DNA from: Octopus vulgaris
Lineage: Eukaryota
Length of the DNA: 64,000 bases
Direction of reading: 5' to 3'
Assembly: GCA_951406725.2 (NCBI GenBank)
Contig: OX597825.1
Coordinates: 55,614,001 to 55,678,000 of the forward strand
Positions 51,291 through 64,000 of this stretch are shown in pieces (positions within the stretch are counted from its first letter, which is position 1; every line of letters starts with the position of its first letter). Both the position numbers and the translations under genes were made by a program. A model generated the notes under the pieces. The model ran no database searches, had not been told where the DNA came from, and worked only from the letters and a program-made list of their open reading frames with translations.

Positions 51291-51737
51291 TTCTGTTTAT
51301 CGTTTATCTTTTTTTTTATTTTTCAACTCTGTTCATTTTATTTTACGCTTTATTTTTCGTTCATTTCATTATATTGTTCTCAGTGTTAGTATCTAATATT
51401 ACATCCTTTCTTGTTAGCACTTACTGAATATAATGGAAGAAACCATATTATGCAAATTCTAGACACACAAAATAGTTTACCGGAAAAAAATTACAATATG
51501 TCTGAAAGACAGACCTTTTGTCCACCCCAGCCATAGGGACAGATGTCAAAAACTTTTAGAAGTCCCTTGTTTACAAAATAATCCACAAAGAAAACTTTCC
51601 CGCCAGTAAAACTTGGTAATAATCCAATTACACTGGAGACGTCCCGAGAGACGTCCGTTCACGCCAAAATACAAATAATAATAATGATGATAATAATAAT
51701 GATGATGACGACGATGATGATGATGATGATGATGATG

Positions 51738-51790
<53 letters not shown>

Positions 51791-52942
51791 TTGATTTACT
51801 TCTGGTTTTTGTTCGGATTTTATGAAAGACTGCTTAAAGTCAGACAATTGAGGTTGTTTTTGTTGTGGTGGTTTGTCTTGTTTATCTAATAAAAAGTATA
51901 TCTCAGGAAAACACACATTCTTCTCTCTCTCTCCTTCTCTCTGTCTTTCTCTCACTCTCCTTCTCTGTCTTTCTCTTTCTCTTTACCCCTCTTTGTCTCT
52001 CTCTCTTTCTCTCTCTTTGCTTGTGTGTGTATATATACATACATACGTATGTTTGCACAGTTATTGTGTATTGTGTATACATGCATATATAAATATATAA
52101 TGCACATTCATGTCTGTGTGTATAGATATGCTTTTCTATGTTTGTGTGTATGTGTGTGTGTGCATATGTATGTAAATATAATATATGTGATACAAATATT
52201 TAATGACGTGTATATATATGCGTGTATGTGTATGTGTGAGCGCTCGTGTATATATGATATAATATGTGGTATATATGTGTGTATCTACGAGTACACATAG
52301 ATATATAGAATGACCATATATTGATGTATGCGCACGTAGTGTATGTCTGCCTGTGAGTGAGTACGCACACATACTCACACATATACATGTACAGATGGAT
52401 GTACATGTAGACTTATTGACAACCAATATGTATATAGGAATGTACAAATATGCATATGTGTAGGTGCATGTGCACATACTTATTTATACACACATATGAT
52501 TAACCGCATATACAGTATACATCCAGTATACACATGGGGAAATGGACGAAAAAATTCTAATAAATAAATAAAACTACTGCTATTTTTGCGTTTATATTTA
52601 AAACCTGGAAACTTCCAGCTAGGCGAGTAATTAATAAAATATTTATTGTGTGTTAAAGTGAAAGAGTATCAAATAGAAAGAAATTGCAAATAAGCATTTG
52701 ATGAGCGAGAAGGAGTAGAGAGTATGCAAATATTGGTGCTAGTAAGATGAGAAACTCTCTTTAAGCAGAACCAGCCTCTAGATAATTAATGCTATATAAT
52801 GGTAAATGTTGATGTTTTCTATTGCACAATCGCTAGAAATTACAATATATTTGAGTACAAGTGAGAGGGGGGAGAGGGAGAGAGAGGGGGGAGAGGAAGA
52901 GAGAGAGAGAGAGAGAGAGAGGACATCTGTGTAAATAGCTAT

Positions 52943-53049
52943 GCCGCCATGGTTATGCTGTTTCTAACGGCATTTTACAGTTGAAGGCACCCGAAACACC
53001 CAACTAAATCTATCCGCCAATCCACCCCCACTCTACCCTGAGTCCGCCC
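52943..53049 (-). promoter_or_regulatory. Candidate core promoter (GC box, CCAAT, YY1-like)
   Basis: tccgccc 53043-53049, ccaat 53017-53021, gccgccatgg 52943-52952 (minus ATGGCGGC). Confidence 0.3.
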
Positions 53050-53226
53050 GTCTGTATGCGAGAAAGTGTAAATGTGATGTGTGAGACTGTATACGTGTAT
53101 GTGTATATGTGTATCTTACGTATGAACCTGGGTACGTATGTACTCTGTACGTGTTCATATACACTTCTATGTATGCCTGAATGCATATGGTGTATATGTA
53201 TATGTATGTATATATACACACTCATT

Positions 53227-53257
<31 letters not shown>

Positions 53258-53426
53258 GCATATATATGTATATATATAACACATATATATATATACACAC
53301 ATATACATATATATATATATATATATGTTTGCATATGTTTGTGCATATGTATATGGATAAATAGAGCTGTGAGTACATGTATACCGTCATTTTCCCGATT
53401 TTTCTCGTACATATACACATATACAA

Positions 53427-53477
<51 letters not shown>

Positions 53478-53699
53478 CACATATATATATACATCCGCGT
53501 ACACACATGTACACAGCTAACATGTTAAGAGTAGCTTGTAAAGGTTAGAAACACAGCTGCAATCCTCCTCACAGAAACTGACATAAAAAAATTCGATTTC
53601 ATTTAATATCCTTAATATATATACACATAAAAAATCTGAAACTCTATAAATATATATGTGCAGAAACACGCACGAAAAACTTACACATACAATCACACA

Positions 53700-53751
<52 letters not shown>

Positions 53752-53956
53752 ATACACGCAATTATATTTATATATTACGGCACAATAAATCATGTATTAC
53801 CATGTACATTTACCGAAATCTGAGGTATCCAGTCAATATGAATATAGCAGCAATCACCACAAAGAACTCACACAAATGCAATGTTTCTAGTTTACTTTGA
53901 ATATTTCTCAATAACGCATATGTGTGCGTGTCTGAATGTGCACGCCTGTGTGTGTG

Positions 53957-54009
<53 letters not shown>

Positions 54010-54437
54010 GTAGCTCTTGTGAAAAATATATAGCTAAGCTTCAAAATCATTTTCTTTAGTAATGTGAGGTTAGTGTCTTAGTAGGTTATTATATAACAGT
54101 ACATTGACGAACAGAGATGGCAATGTGTTACAGTAATCAAATGAAGAATCAAAGGCTATTAATTCTTTGTTTCAATGATTTAGTCCATTAGAGGAATTGA
54201 GCGGGGGAATAAAGTCGTTAGTAATCTGCTATGGTTTACCGTTTCAGTCACACAGGTTCACTGTTGTTGTTGTTGCTTTTGGTGTTGGAGCTGTTGGTAG
54301 TGTTTTATATGTAGTTGTTGTTGTGTGAATTTTAACGGAAGAAACACTGAACATTCAAACAGCCGTAATGGAAATTATAGAAGTGAATGAAATATTCATG
54401 AGAATATATATGTATGTATGTACGCATGCATGCACGC

Positions 54438-54490
<53 letters not shown>

Positions 54491-54566
54491 ATATATATAT
54501 AATTGTACATACACATACACATACATACAAATATGTGTATAAACTTATATGTACATATGTATGTGC

Positions 54567-54601
<35 letters not shown>

Positions 54602-55027
54602 TATATATGTATATGCATACACACATGCAGGCACACATACGCATATATATATATATATATACATACATACATATATATATACATATATATATACATATAT
54701 ATTCATATTCATACATACATACACACTCACATATATGTATGCATATATATATATATCGCATGCATTATCATATGAATTATTATCTGCACAATTTTGCTGT
54801 ATGTTAACAATTAGTGCACTCACTTGTACACATGCACACTGAAATACATCAAATGAATACCCTTTCTCTCTCTCTTTCTCTTTCTCACTCTTAGTCTCTC
54901 TCTATCTAATGCATACAATTACATGCGCACACAAAAACAGCCACACGCACATATATATATGTATGCTTATATATATGTATATATTTATACTTATGTGTAT
55001 ATATATATATATATATATATACATAAG

Positions 55028-55067
<40 letters not shown>

Positions 55068-55071
55068 ATAG

Positions 55072-55103
<32 letters not shown>

Positions 55104-55122
55104 TATGTGTGTGTATGTATAA

Positions 55123-55181
<59 letters not shown>

Positions 55182-55209
55182 ACATATATATATGTGTGTG
55201 TATGTATAA

Positions 55210-55255
<46 letters not shown>

Positions 55256-55388
55256 CTATTCATATTCATATATATGTATGTATATGCATGCATACACTTG
55301 AACAAAAGAATTCATGTGTTTATAAATTACATGTATCTATCTGCAAACATGAATATGCTCGTCTATATACGTGCATGTGTGTGTGTGT

Positions 55389-55435
<47 letters not shown>

Positions 55436-55874
55436 GTGTACGATAATCGAGCCCTTGCTCTCTCCGTTGCGTTCCAACCTGTGACTACAAATGATTGCGT
55501 GTCTTCCTCTATTTGCCAATACCTTAGCTGGTTGAAATGATTTAATTCTTTTATAGGTTTATGCTAATTAAATATCCAAATTATTTTCAGAAGCTTCAAG
55601 AACGAATTGTAGGAAGACGCTGAGGTGGGACGGTGTGAAATGAAATGGAAGCGATGGTGGAGGTGGAGGCGGCGGCGGCGGTGGTGGTGGTTATGGTGGT
55701 GATGGGGTGACGGAGAGAGAGAGAGAGACAGAGACAGAGGAGAGTGAGAAGGAGATTAAGAGAGTGAGAGAGAGATTAATAGGTGGGCGTGATGGGAGAC
55801 GGTTTGGGTTGCGTGGGTCGGTGGTGGGAAGAGGCGGTGGAAAAGAAGGAACTGAAGGAAGAGGAGTAGGAAGA

Positions 55875-55953
55875 GAAGAAGAAGAAGAAGAAGAAGAAGA
55901 AGAAGAAGAAGAAGAAGAAGAAGAAGAAGAAGAAGAAGAAGAAGAAGAAGAAG

Positions 55954-55982
<29 letters not shown>
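55875..55982 (+). repeat. Perfect (GAA)n microsatellite
   Basis: Direct reading. Confidence 0.98.
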
Positions 55983-55984
<2 letters not shown>

Positions 55985-56820
55985 GTAGTGTGTGTATGTG
56001 TGGCTGTGAGAGTCTGAATGTGAGTTTGTGTTTCTTTATGTATACGTTTATGTGCATGTGCGTACATTTGTGGTTCTGTACATGTGTGCGCGTGCTTTTG
56101 AAAGAAAACGGAGGCGGTATGATGGTTGCGATGGTAGTGTGGTGGTGGTGGTGGTGGTGGTGGTGGTAGTAGTGGTAGTGGCGGTGGTGGTGGTGGTGGC
56201 GGTTGGTTGTGGAGAGGGTGACGTTGGTGGGGTGCAGAATAAGAATCGATTTTGTTTAAGGTTATAGAACCACTTAAAAGATATATTCTTGGGACTGGGA
56301 GAATGGAATTGAGTTAGTATGGGCTGTGCTCAATATATATTCAATTAGATATGACATTCAAAGAAATATAATGAAAACCAAAAAGAAGTAAACGAAAAAG
56401 AAAGGAAAAAGAGGAGAGAAAAGCCAAAAGAGAGAGAAGATATGGAGGAGGAAGAAGAAGGTGGAAAAGCAGGGGAGGAGTAGGAAGAGGAAAAGGAAAA
56501 TGTCGAGGAAGGAAAAGAATCTTCACACTGTGAGATTGGTGTTTGCTTTGATAGAAGAACGAGGGAAAAGTATAATTATAAAGATGAGGAGAGAAAGGGA
56601 GTGAGAGAGAAAGAGAGAGAGTGAGAGTGAGGTAGTGAAAGTGAGAGAGAAGGGGGATGTGGGTGATGGGGAAAGTGGGAAAAGAAATAGCACGTGCGAG
56701 AAAGTGAGAGTGAGAAGGAGTGGTGTTGGGTTTGGGTTTGGGAGAGGGGGGTAAATAGCTCCAATTTTACTCTTGGGAGCTTTGCAGAAATAAAAGATAG
56801 TTGTAGAACTCCCTGAGATA

Positions 56821-57960
56821 ATGGTTGAGTTATTAAGAAGTGGAGAACAGAACAACAGCAGCAAATGCAGCAAAAACAGCAACACCAGTGAAGACAGCAA
56901 CAGCAGCAAAAGTAGTAATAAAATCAACAACAATAACAACAGCTACAATTATCGCATCAAAAACAGCACGGAAACAGCAATGACTGCAGTAAAAACAGCA
57001 CGGCGAGCAACAAAAACAGAAACACCAGCAGCAAAGGCAGCGAAAACAGCAACACCAGTGAAAACAGCTACACCAGCGAAAACAGCAACGCCAGTGAAAA
57101 CAGCAACACCAGCAGCAAAGGCAGCGAAAACAGTAACACCGGTGAAAACAGAAACACCAGCAGCAAAGGCAGCGAAAACAGCTACACCAGTGAAAACAGT
57201 AACACCAGTGAAAACAGAAACACCAGCAGCAAAGGCAGCGAAAACAGCTACACCAGCGAAAACAGTAACACCAGTGAAAACAGAAACACCAGCAGCAAAG
57301 GCAGCGAAAACAGCTACACCAGCGAAAACAGTAACACCAGTGAAAACAGAAACACCAGCAGCAAAGGCAGCGAAAACAGCAACACCAGCGAAAACAGAAA
57401 CACCAGCAGCAAAGGCAGCGAAAACAGCAACACCAGTGAAAATAGCAACACCAGCAGCAAAGGCAGCGAAAACAGTAACACCAGTGAAAACAGAAACACC
57501 AGCAGCAAAGGCAGCGAAAACAGCAACACCAGTGAAAACAGAAACACCAGCAGCAAAGGCAGCGAAAACAGCTACACCAGCGAAAACAGTAACACCAGTG
57601 AAAACAGAAACACCAGCAGCAAAGGCAGCGAAAACAGCTACACCAGCGAAAACAGTAACACCAGTGAAAACAGAAACACCAGCAGCAAAGGCAGCGAAAA
57701 CAGCAACACCAGCGAAAACAGAAACACCAGCAGCAAAGGCATCGAAAACAGCTACACCAGCGAAAACAGTAACACCAGTGAAAACAGAAACACCAGCAGC
57801 AAAAGCAGCGAAAACAGCAACATTTGGCGAAAACAGCAATAGCAGCAGTCATAGTAAAACAACAATAGTAACAACTACTCTACAACTATCGCATGAAAAT
57901 GACTGCAGCAAAAACAGCAAAGCCAACAGTAAAAAAGAGAAGCAACAGCATCAAGAATAG
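56821..57960 (+). CDS. Hypothetical K/A/T/P-rich repeat ORF (379 aa); coding status unproven
   Basis: ATG-initiated ORF spanning the minisatellite, with many TP(A/V)K motifs; two antisense frames are also open. Confidence 0.25.
   Translation: MVELLRSGEQNNSSKCSKNSNTSEDSNSSKSSNKINNNNNSYNYRIKNSTETAMTAVKTARRATKTETPAAKAAKTATPVKTATPAKTATPVKTATPAAKAAKTVTPVKTETPAAKAAKTATPVKTVTPVKTETPAAKAAKTATPAKTVTPVKTETPAAKAAKTATPAKTVTPVKTETPAAKAAKTATPAKTETPAAKAAKTATPVKIATPAAKAAKTVTPVKTETPAAKAAKTATPVKTETPAAKAAKTATPAKTVTPVKTETPAAKAAKTATPAKTVTPVKTETPAAKAAKTATPAKTETPAAKASKTATPAKTVTPVKTETPAAKAAKTATFGENSNSSSHSKTTIVTTTLQLSHENDCSKNSKANSKKEKQQHQE
57013..57822 (+). repeat. Minisatellite of 18-bp (aaaacagcaacaccagtg) and 12-bp (gcaaaggcagcg) modules
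   Basis: Direct reading; higher-order 30/48/66-bp blocks. Confidence 0.97.
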
Positions 57961-57999
57961 CGAAATAGCAACAAGTGTATAACTGAGGTTATTAATTTA

Positions 58000-59030
58000 A
58001 AAGAGGTGAGCTGGCAGAATCGGAAGCGCTCTGTATAAAATGCATCGCAGCATTTCTTCCAGCTCTGTAAGCGCTAGGCTTAAATGCCGCCGTGGTTAAC
58101 TTTGCCTTTCACCCCGCTTTTGGGATCGATAAAATAAGTACAAGTTGAGTACTGAGGTCGATGTAATCGATTACCCCATCCAACATAAAAAAATAGAAAT
58201 AAAAGCGAAAATATTCAGGCCTTGCGCTTATAAGTAGATAATTTTCTTTAAAGACGACGAATCGTTAGTACGCCAGACAAAATATTCAATAGCATTTTGT
58301 CAATCTTTGTGTTCTGAGTCCAAATTCCCCCGAGACTGACATTTTCATATTTTTGGGGTCGATAAAATAAGTACCAGTTGAGCACCGAGGTCGATGCAAT
58401 CGGCAACACTCACACTCACCTAAAAAAATTAAAGCTTTGTGCTTGAAAGTGGAAAATATATTTTAAAGGCGACGAGCTGGCAGAAACGTTATCACGTTGG
58501 GAGAAATACTTAGCTGTATTTCGTCTGCCGCTACATTCTGAGTTCAAATTCCGCCGAGGTCCACCTTGCTTTTCATCCTTTCGGGGTTGATAAATTAAGT
58601 ACTAGTTACGCACAGAGGACGATATAATCGACTTTATCCGTCTGTCTGTCCTTGTTTGTACTCTCTGTGTTTAGCCCCTTGTGGGTAGTAAAGAAATAGG
58701 TATTTCGTCTGCCGTTACGTTCTGTGTTCAAATTCCGCCGAGGTCGACTTTGCCTTTCATCTTTTCAGGGTCGATAAATCAGGATCTAATCGACTTAATC
58801 CCTTTGTCTGTCCTTGTTTGCCTCCTCTATGTTTAGCCCCTTGTGGGCAATATAGAAATAAGAATTGTTAGCGCACCTAAGAAAATGCTTCGCCGCATTT
58901 CTTCCAGACCGTTATGTGTTAAGCGCAGATCCCAGAGTCGATAAAATAAAGTTCCCGTCAAGTAAGGGGGATGGGTTGACGTAATCGGCTCCCTCAGCTC
59001 CCAAATTACTGGCTTTGTGCCAAAATTTGA
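58000..59030 (+). mobile_element. Head-to-tail cluster of about five SINE-B copies
   Basis: Heads at ~58003, 58252, 58467, an internal duplication from ~58700, and a fragment from ~58862; repeated 'gtcgataaa(a/t)taagtac'. Confidence 0.88.
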
Positions 59031-59617
59031 AGGTTGTAAGTTACTTCGAAGTTTTGCTGGTCGTTGATTTGATAAGACATTCTAACCAGACTTTAATAAT
59101 GTTGTCAACTTTTCTTTTGTATATACATACACCACACTCATATGTATATATGTATGTATGTATAAATACACACACACACATATATATATAGCTATTTATG
59201 TATGTATATATATACACACACTAATACATATACAAATATATATATATATATGATGATGTATGTATGTATATGTGTTTAGACTCTCATACACAGATATTAG
59301 CATACATGTACACAAGCGTAGTGATATATAAGCCAGTAAGATGGCAATTCTTGGTCTTGATACGATCTGATGTAATTAAACGCTAACATAATTATTGTTG
59401 CCAACAATCCAAACATCGTTATCAAAGATTAAGAATTAAATAAACTAAATCTCCAAATTAATTGATATAACTCATATATCAGCGAAGAGGAAATATTGTC
59501 TGATATGTGTGCGTATGTGGGTGTACATGTATATAACTGTGTGTGTGTGTGTGTGTGAGCGCGTATACATATATCAATATATGTACATACAAATGTACAT
59601 ATGTGTATATGTACATG

Positions 59618-59689
<72 letters not shown>

Positions 59690-60050
59690 CATACATATAT
59701 ATATACATATATATATGAATATAATAAATATATATAGGTAGATTGACAGATAGAAGCTATATATATATTATATATATATATATGTATACATATATGCGCG
59801 CGCGCGTGTGTATAATTTATTTACAGAAATGGTTTTCGAAGTATATATTAAGCTATAAATAATATGTCTGCAGGAGAGGTGTGCGATCGAGTTCCACGGG
59901 CCGCCTCCAACATTTTCTATCGAGAAAGAGTTTTTCAGCCCTATATTTACATGACTAATATGCATAGTAGCTTCTTATATTCTTCGAGAACCAATTTCCA
60001 AAAAGGTTCTTTTGACAGTTTTTAAATTCTTACATTGTAAACTATACATA

Positions 60051-60102
<52 letters not shown>

Positions 60103-60120
60103 CATATATATATAGTATGT

Positions 60121-60181
<61 letters not shown>

Positions 60182-60545
60182 TAAATACCAGCATAAAACT
60201 GCAACTTTTGCTGTTTTCTGTTTCCTTTCGTAGTGTACCTGTTCCAGCTTTACACAGCAAATCTATTAATGTTACACTAAACAATGCTTCGCCAAAACTA
60301 CCTCATATAGTTGAAATTTACAGAAAAATAAAAGACGAATACAGGTGTATGAACAACAAGCAATGACAAGGAGGCGTACAGTAGGGCTAAACTTGGATCC
60401 ACGTAATAGGGAAGCGAACTTCTCACTTACACATTGCACCCAAATGAGTTTATTTATGCATGCCTGTATTTATAAACTCCCATCCATTGCTAAATGACAA
60501 TGTTAAATTATTTTGGAATCACTCTTAAATATGTATCCAAGTACG

Positions 60546-60622
<77 letters not shown>

Positions 60623-61349
60623 CTATGTAACAAATGTTTTATGTATATATGTATGAGCCAAAGAGGGAGCCATGACGTGCTAACTGCACTTAATAGAAAT
60701 TGCAGATGAATCTCTTATTCAAGCTGATCAGACCAATACCTCCATGAAAATATTTTACCTCTTACTCGCATTCAGTGATCTTAGTAACACCGTTCTGATA
60801 TGAATACATTTTAAAGCTGATGGTACAGTACTTGAGTTTACCATCTAGCTCCTCCAGATAGGAAATTAACTTCTCGAAAGAGACTCCGGGGTCTGAACGC
60901 AATTATCCTTTGGCTAAATCCTTCAAATCGAAACAGGAACTAATGTCCAGAATGTTTCCAGACAATCACATCTGAAAATTGTATCTCAATTGAATCTGTA
61001 AACGAGCAAGCCTAGCAACAAAAGATGCTGCTGTTGAACATGTTATTGGAAAATTTATCAAGGAAGAAAACCTGATTCAAAAGCCGAAGACACAATCAGG
61101 TCTTAGGATCAGGCAGTAAATTATCTAATCGAGGTTCTGTATATCCTTCAGCAATTTGGAATTACTCCTCTAGTTCTGATGCTGAATTTTGAAGCCTCGA
61201 TTAGGCCATACCGTCACTTCGATTCTCCAAATCTTTGAAATAGCTCAAAACCCGCCATCAAGAATGTAATGCTCCATGCTTCCTTGGTCAGAATCATGTT
61301 AGAAAAACAAACTCAAAATGATTGTTTAGTTACTTATGGAGCCAATCAG

Positions 61350-61613
61350 TGGAGGTGCGTGGCTTAGTGGTTAGGATGTCAGCACCGTGATCGTAAAATT
61401 GTGGTTTCGATTCCTGGACCGGGTGACGCGTTGTGTTCTTGAGCAAAACACTTCATTTCACGTTGCTCCAGTTCACTCACCTGGCGAAAATGAGTAACGC
61501 TGCGATGGACTGACGTCACATCCAACTGGGGAACACATACGCTATTGAAACCGGGATACCGGGCCTATGAGCCTGGCTGGGCTTTAAAAGGGCGCATTTA
61601 TTATTTTTTTTTA
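61350..61613 (+). mobile_element. tRNA-derived SINE (family C head) with 16-bp TSD
   Basis: A box tggcttagtgg, B box ggtttcgattcc; TSD ttatggagccaatcag at 61334-61349 and 61614-61629. Confidence 0.93.
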
Positions 61614-62077
61614 TTATGGAGCCAATCAGACCAAGTTTGTCATGACCGCCCACTTATAAATCTCAAGGTCACACACTTAAAGTTATAGGGTTAAACAGAG
61701 GATTCCTATCCTTGTGGATGGTCAGTTTAATCTTGGTGCTTCAACATGAACATGATAGTTTCGTAATCAGAAGTAAAAAAAAAGGGGAAAATAATATAAA
61801 AAGTAAAACGACAAAGAAAAAATAGAACCAAACGTACAAGAATATTTTTTATGTTGAAACTTTGGGACAAACAAATAAATATATAAGAAAAATCTATATT
61901 CTATTTCTATATTTTCTATAATATATTATACTTTCTATATTTCATTGGTATAAAAGTTTGTATAGTGAGCCAAAATCATGGTGTTACTTTGATACAATAC
62001 CTCATCAACGCCTGGCTGATATATTTTCTTAATACACACACACATATATATATATTTATATATATATACACACACAC

Positions 62078-62141
<64 letters not shown>

Positions 62142-62663
62142 AACATATTATATATACATATTAGAAGAAATAAGGTACTCAGAAATCTGGATGGTTTTAT
62201 ATTTACAGATATTTATTAATATGTCACATGTTTTTATAAATCATATATTAGCGCTTGCATCCATTCAAATGGAGTCCTCAGATTGAACTTTTTCAGGAAT
62301 TTTGTCTCTTTTTATAGTATTATTGAGTGTGTAAGGGTGCAGAGAGATATAAGATAATACAAAAGTGTGAGGAATGGGGAGAAAGTGAGAGAGTGTGCAT
62401 GCATGTGTGTGTGTGTGTGTGTGTGAAATGAATTCACAGCATATAATGCTTTCAGGAATGCATTTAATATGTATGTTTCAGATTTAGTTTGACTCGTTAT
62501 TATAACTTATATGACTTGATGCCCAGTACAGACTAGTCTGTACAGGTTCCATTTACGCGGATACTCTACCAAGGATTTGAAGCAGTTTGTTATATCTGAT
62601 TCGAGTCGAAAATTCTGGTTTTGTGCATCGCTTCTTGCCACAACACGACACAAAGCACACATG

Positions 62664-62763
62664 NNNNNNNNNNNNNNNNNNNNNNNNNNNNNNNNNNNNN
62701 NNNNNNNNNNNNNNNNNNNNNNNNNNNNNNNNNNNNNNNNNNNNNNNNNNNNNNNNNNNNNNN
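62664..62763. other. Assembly gap (100 N)
   Basis: Run of exactly 100 n. Confidence 0.99.
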
Positions 62764-64000
62764 GGGTGCAGAATAAGAATCGATTTTGTTTAAGGTTATA
62801 GAACCACTTAAAAGATATATTCTTGGGACTGGGAGAATGGAATTGAGTTAGTATGGGCTGTGCTCAATATATATTCAATTAGATATGACATTCAAAGAAA
62901 TATAATGAAAACCAAAAAGAAGTAAACGAAAAAGAAAGGAAAAAGAGGAGAGAAAAGCCAAAAGAGAGAGAAGATATGGAGGAGGAAGAAGAAGGTGGAA
63001 AAGCAGGGGAGGAGTAGGAAGAGGAAAAGGAAAATGTCGAGGAAGGAAAAGAATCTTCACACTGTGAGATTGGTGTTTGCTTTGATAGAAGAACGAGGGA
63101 AAAGTATAATTATAAAGATGAGGAGAGAAAGGGAGTGAGAGAGAAAGAGAGAGAGTGAGAGTGAGGTAGTGAAAGTGAGAGAGAAGGGGGATGTGGGTGA
63201 TGGGGAAAGTGGGAAAAGAAATAGCACGTGCGAGAAAGTGAGAGTGAGAAGGAGTGGTGTTGGGTGTGGGTTTGGGAGAGGGGGGTAAATAGCTCCAATT
63301 TTACTCTTGGGAGCTTTGCAGAAATAAAAGATAGTTGTAGAACTCCCTGAGATAATGGTTGAGTTATTAAGAAGTGGAGAACAGAACAACAGCAGCAAAT
63401 GCAGCAAAAACAGCAACACCAGTGAAGACAGCAACAGCAGCAAAAGTAGTAATAAAATCAACAACAATAACAACAGCTACAATTGTCGCATCAAAAACAG
63501 CACGGAAACAGCAATGACTGCAGTAAAAACAGCACGGCGAGCAACAAAAACAGAAACACCAGCAGCAAAGGCAGCGAAAACAGCAACACCAGTGAAAACA
63601 GCTACACCAGCGAAAACAGCAACGCCAGTGAAAACAGCAACACCAGCAGCAAAGGCAGCGAAAACAGTAACACCGGTGAAAACAGAAACACCAGCAGCAA
63701 AGGCAGCGAAAACAGCTACACCAGTGAAAACAGTAACACCAGTGAAAACAGAAACACCAGCAGCAAAGGCAGCGAAAACAGCTACACCAGCGAAAACAGT
63801 AACACCGTGAAAACAGAAACACCAGCGAAAACAGCAACACCAGTGAAAACAGCTACACCAGCGAAAACAGAAACACCAGCAGCAAAGGCAGCGAAAACAG
63901 TAACACCAGCGAAAACAGAAACACCAGCAGCAAAGGCAGCGAAAACAGCAACACCAGTGAAAACAGTAACACCAGTGAAAACAGAAACACCAGCAGCAAA
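62764..64000 (+). repeat. Near-identical second copy of sequence from 56230 onward (offset 6534 bp)
   Basis: Starts 'gggtgcagaataagaatcg' right after the gap; few differences seen (tttggg/tgtggg, aattat/aattgt, 1-nt deletion near 63807, different module order). Confidence 0.95.

Noticed and set aside
56833-57852. Cys-rich (metallothionein or keratin-associated-like) and hydrophobic antisense ORFs
   Set aside because: They are antisense readings of the same stop-free minisatellite.

Overview
Eukaryotic, very AT-rich, microsatellite-saturated genomic DNA. The SINE/LINE repertoire looks like that of an octopus (coleoid cephalopod); this is an inference from recalled repeat families, not a database result. 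Almost all ORFs in the track are microsatellite artefacts, and no complete recognisable host gene is present. Contents: (1) many tRNA-derived SINEs of three families, some with clear target-site duplications; (2) 3' fragments of non-LTR retrotransposons, namely RTE, an RTE with three C2H2 fingers, an R4/Dong-like element ending in (TAA)n, and five pieces of a second restriction-like-endonuclease (RLE) family that all end at CATA repeats, three of them stacked head-to-tail; (3) DNA-transposon relics (hAT Buster/Charlie BED-finger, pogo/Tigger HTH, piggyBac-like MITE, two long foldback palindromes); (4) degenerate minimal hammerhead-like motifs in Penelope-like fragments; (5) short CpG-retaining islands on the minus strand carrying ATG-to-splice-donor mini-exons, four ending in intron phase 2, which suggests the 5' end of a large gene with several alternative promoters whose common exons lie left of the window; (6) a Lys/Ala/Thr/Pro minisatellite ORF duplicated after a 100-N gap. 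All calls were made by eye; repeat boundaries are approximate unless TSDs or splice sites are quoted.
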